The notes below the pieces were generated by a model. It did not search any database. It saw nothing but the letters and a program-made list of their open reading frames with translations, and was not told the origin of the DNA. A stretch of DNA of 64,000 nucleotides from the NCBI GenBank assembly GCA_973895155.1, contig OZ316893.1, forward strand, positions 6,472,963 through 6,536,962, written 5' to 3'. The position numbers and the translations under genes are program-made. Positions 63,875 through 64,000 of this stretch are shown here, in pieces (position 1 is the stretch's first letter; every line of letters begins with the position of its first letter). Origin of the DNA: Marsupella aquatica (Eukaryota; Plantae; Marchantiophyta).

Positions 63875-64000
63875 GTAAGACTCCATACTACTACAATGAA
63901 TTTCTGCAATCTCTTCATATGACTTTGAAATGTGTTTACTTCTTGTAGCCCAGATTTTGTAATTGTTGTATTCAGTGCCCTAATTTCTGAATTGTGTGTC

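Larger units (their letters stand above)
49788..64000 (+). mobile_element. CACTA (En/Spm) DNA transposon, 5' part; continues beyond the window
   Basis: Terminus CACTAGAAGAAAA at 49788 cuts the Gypsy integrase. Dense subterminal ATGAC/GTCAT motifs follow, and a Tnp2-family transposase lies at 61991. The right TIR is not in the window, so linkage is inferred. Confidence 0.8.

Overview
Transposon-dense eukaryotic DNA from a land-plant nuclear genome; a bryophyte/liverwort origin is my inference from protein style only. The only host-type gene is a degenerate F-box/kelch pseudogene (about 4.4-6.7 kb, minus strand). The centrepiece is a very young 16,248-bp non-chromoviral Ty3/Gypsy retrotransposon (17450-33697, minus strand). 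It has TGTAG...CTACA ends, a CCTGC target-site duplication (TSD), a tRNA-Asp-type PBS and a PPT. Its two 4,070-bp LTRs each contain an intact 798-codon ORF, an arrangement resembling MMTV sag or HIV nef. It also carries extra ORFs upstream of gag, and its gag-pol is broken only by three in-frame TGA codons. It inserted into, and split, a ~1,210-codon ORF whose N-terminal domain resembles that of the LTR protein. To the right lie a GC-rich hairpin island, a third related ORF interrupted by a 1.8-kb TIR element rich in CGATAAATTTATCG palindromes (4-bp TSD), and two further degenerate Gypsy pol/gag-pol segments. The window ends in a CACTA transposon (from 49788) containing a ~580-bp hairpin satellite, an EDM2-like PHD-finger gene split by a solo LTR, and a TnpD/Tnp2 transposase. 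To the left are a MULE-type MITE and tandem Helitron-like units. All domain calls are by motif recognition; no searches were run.
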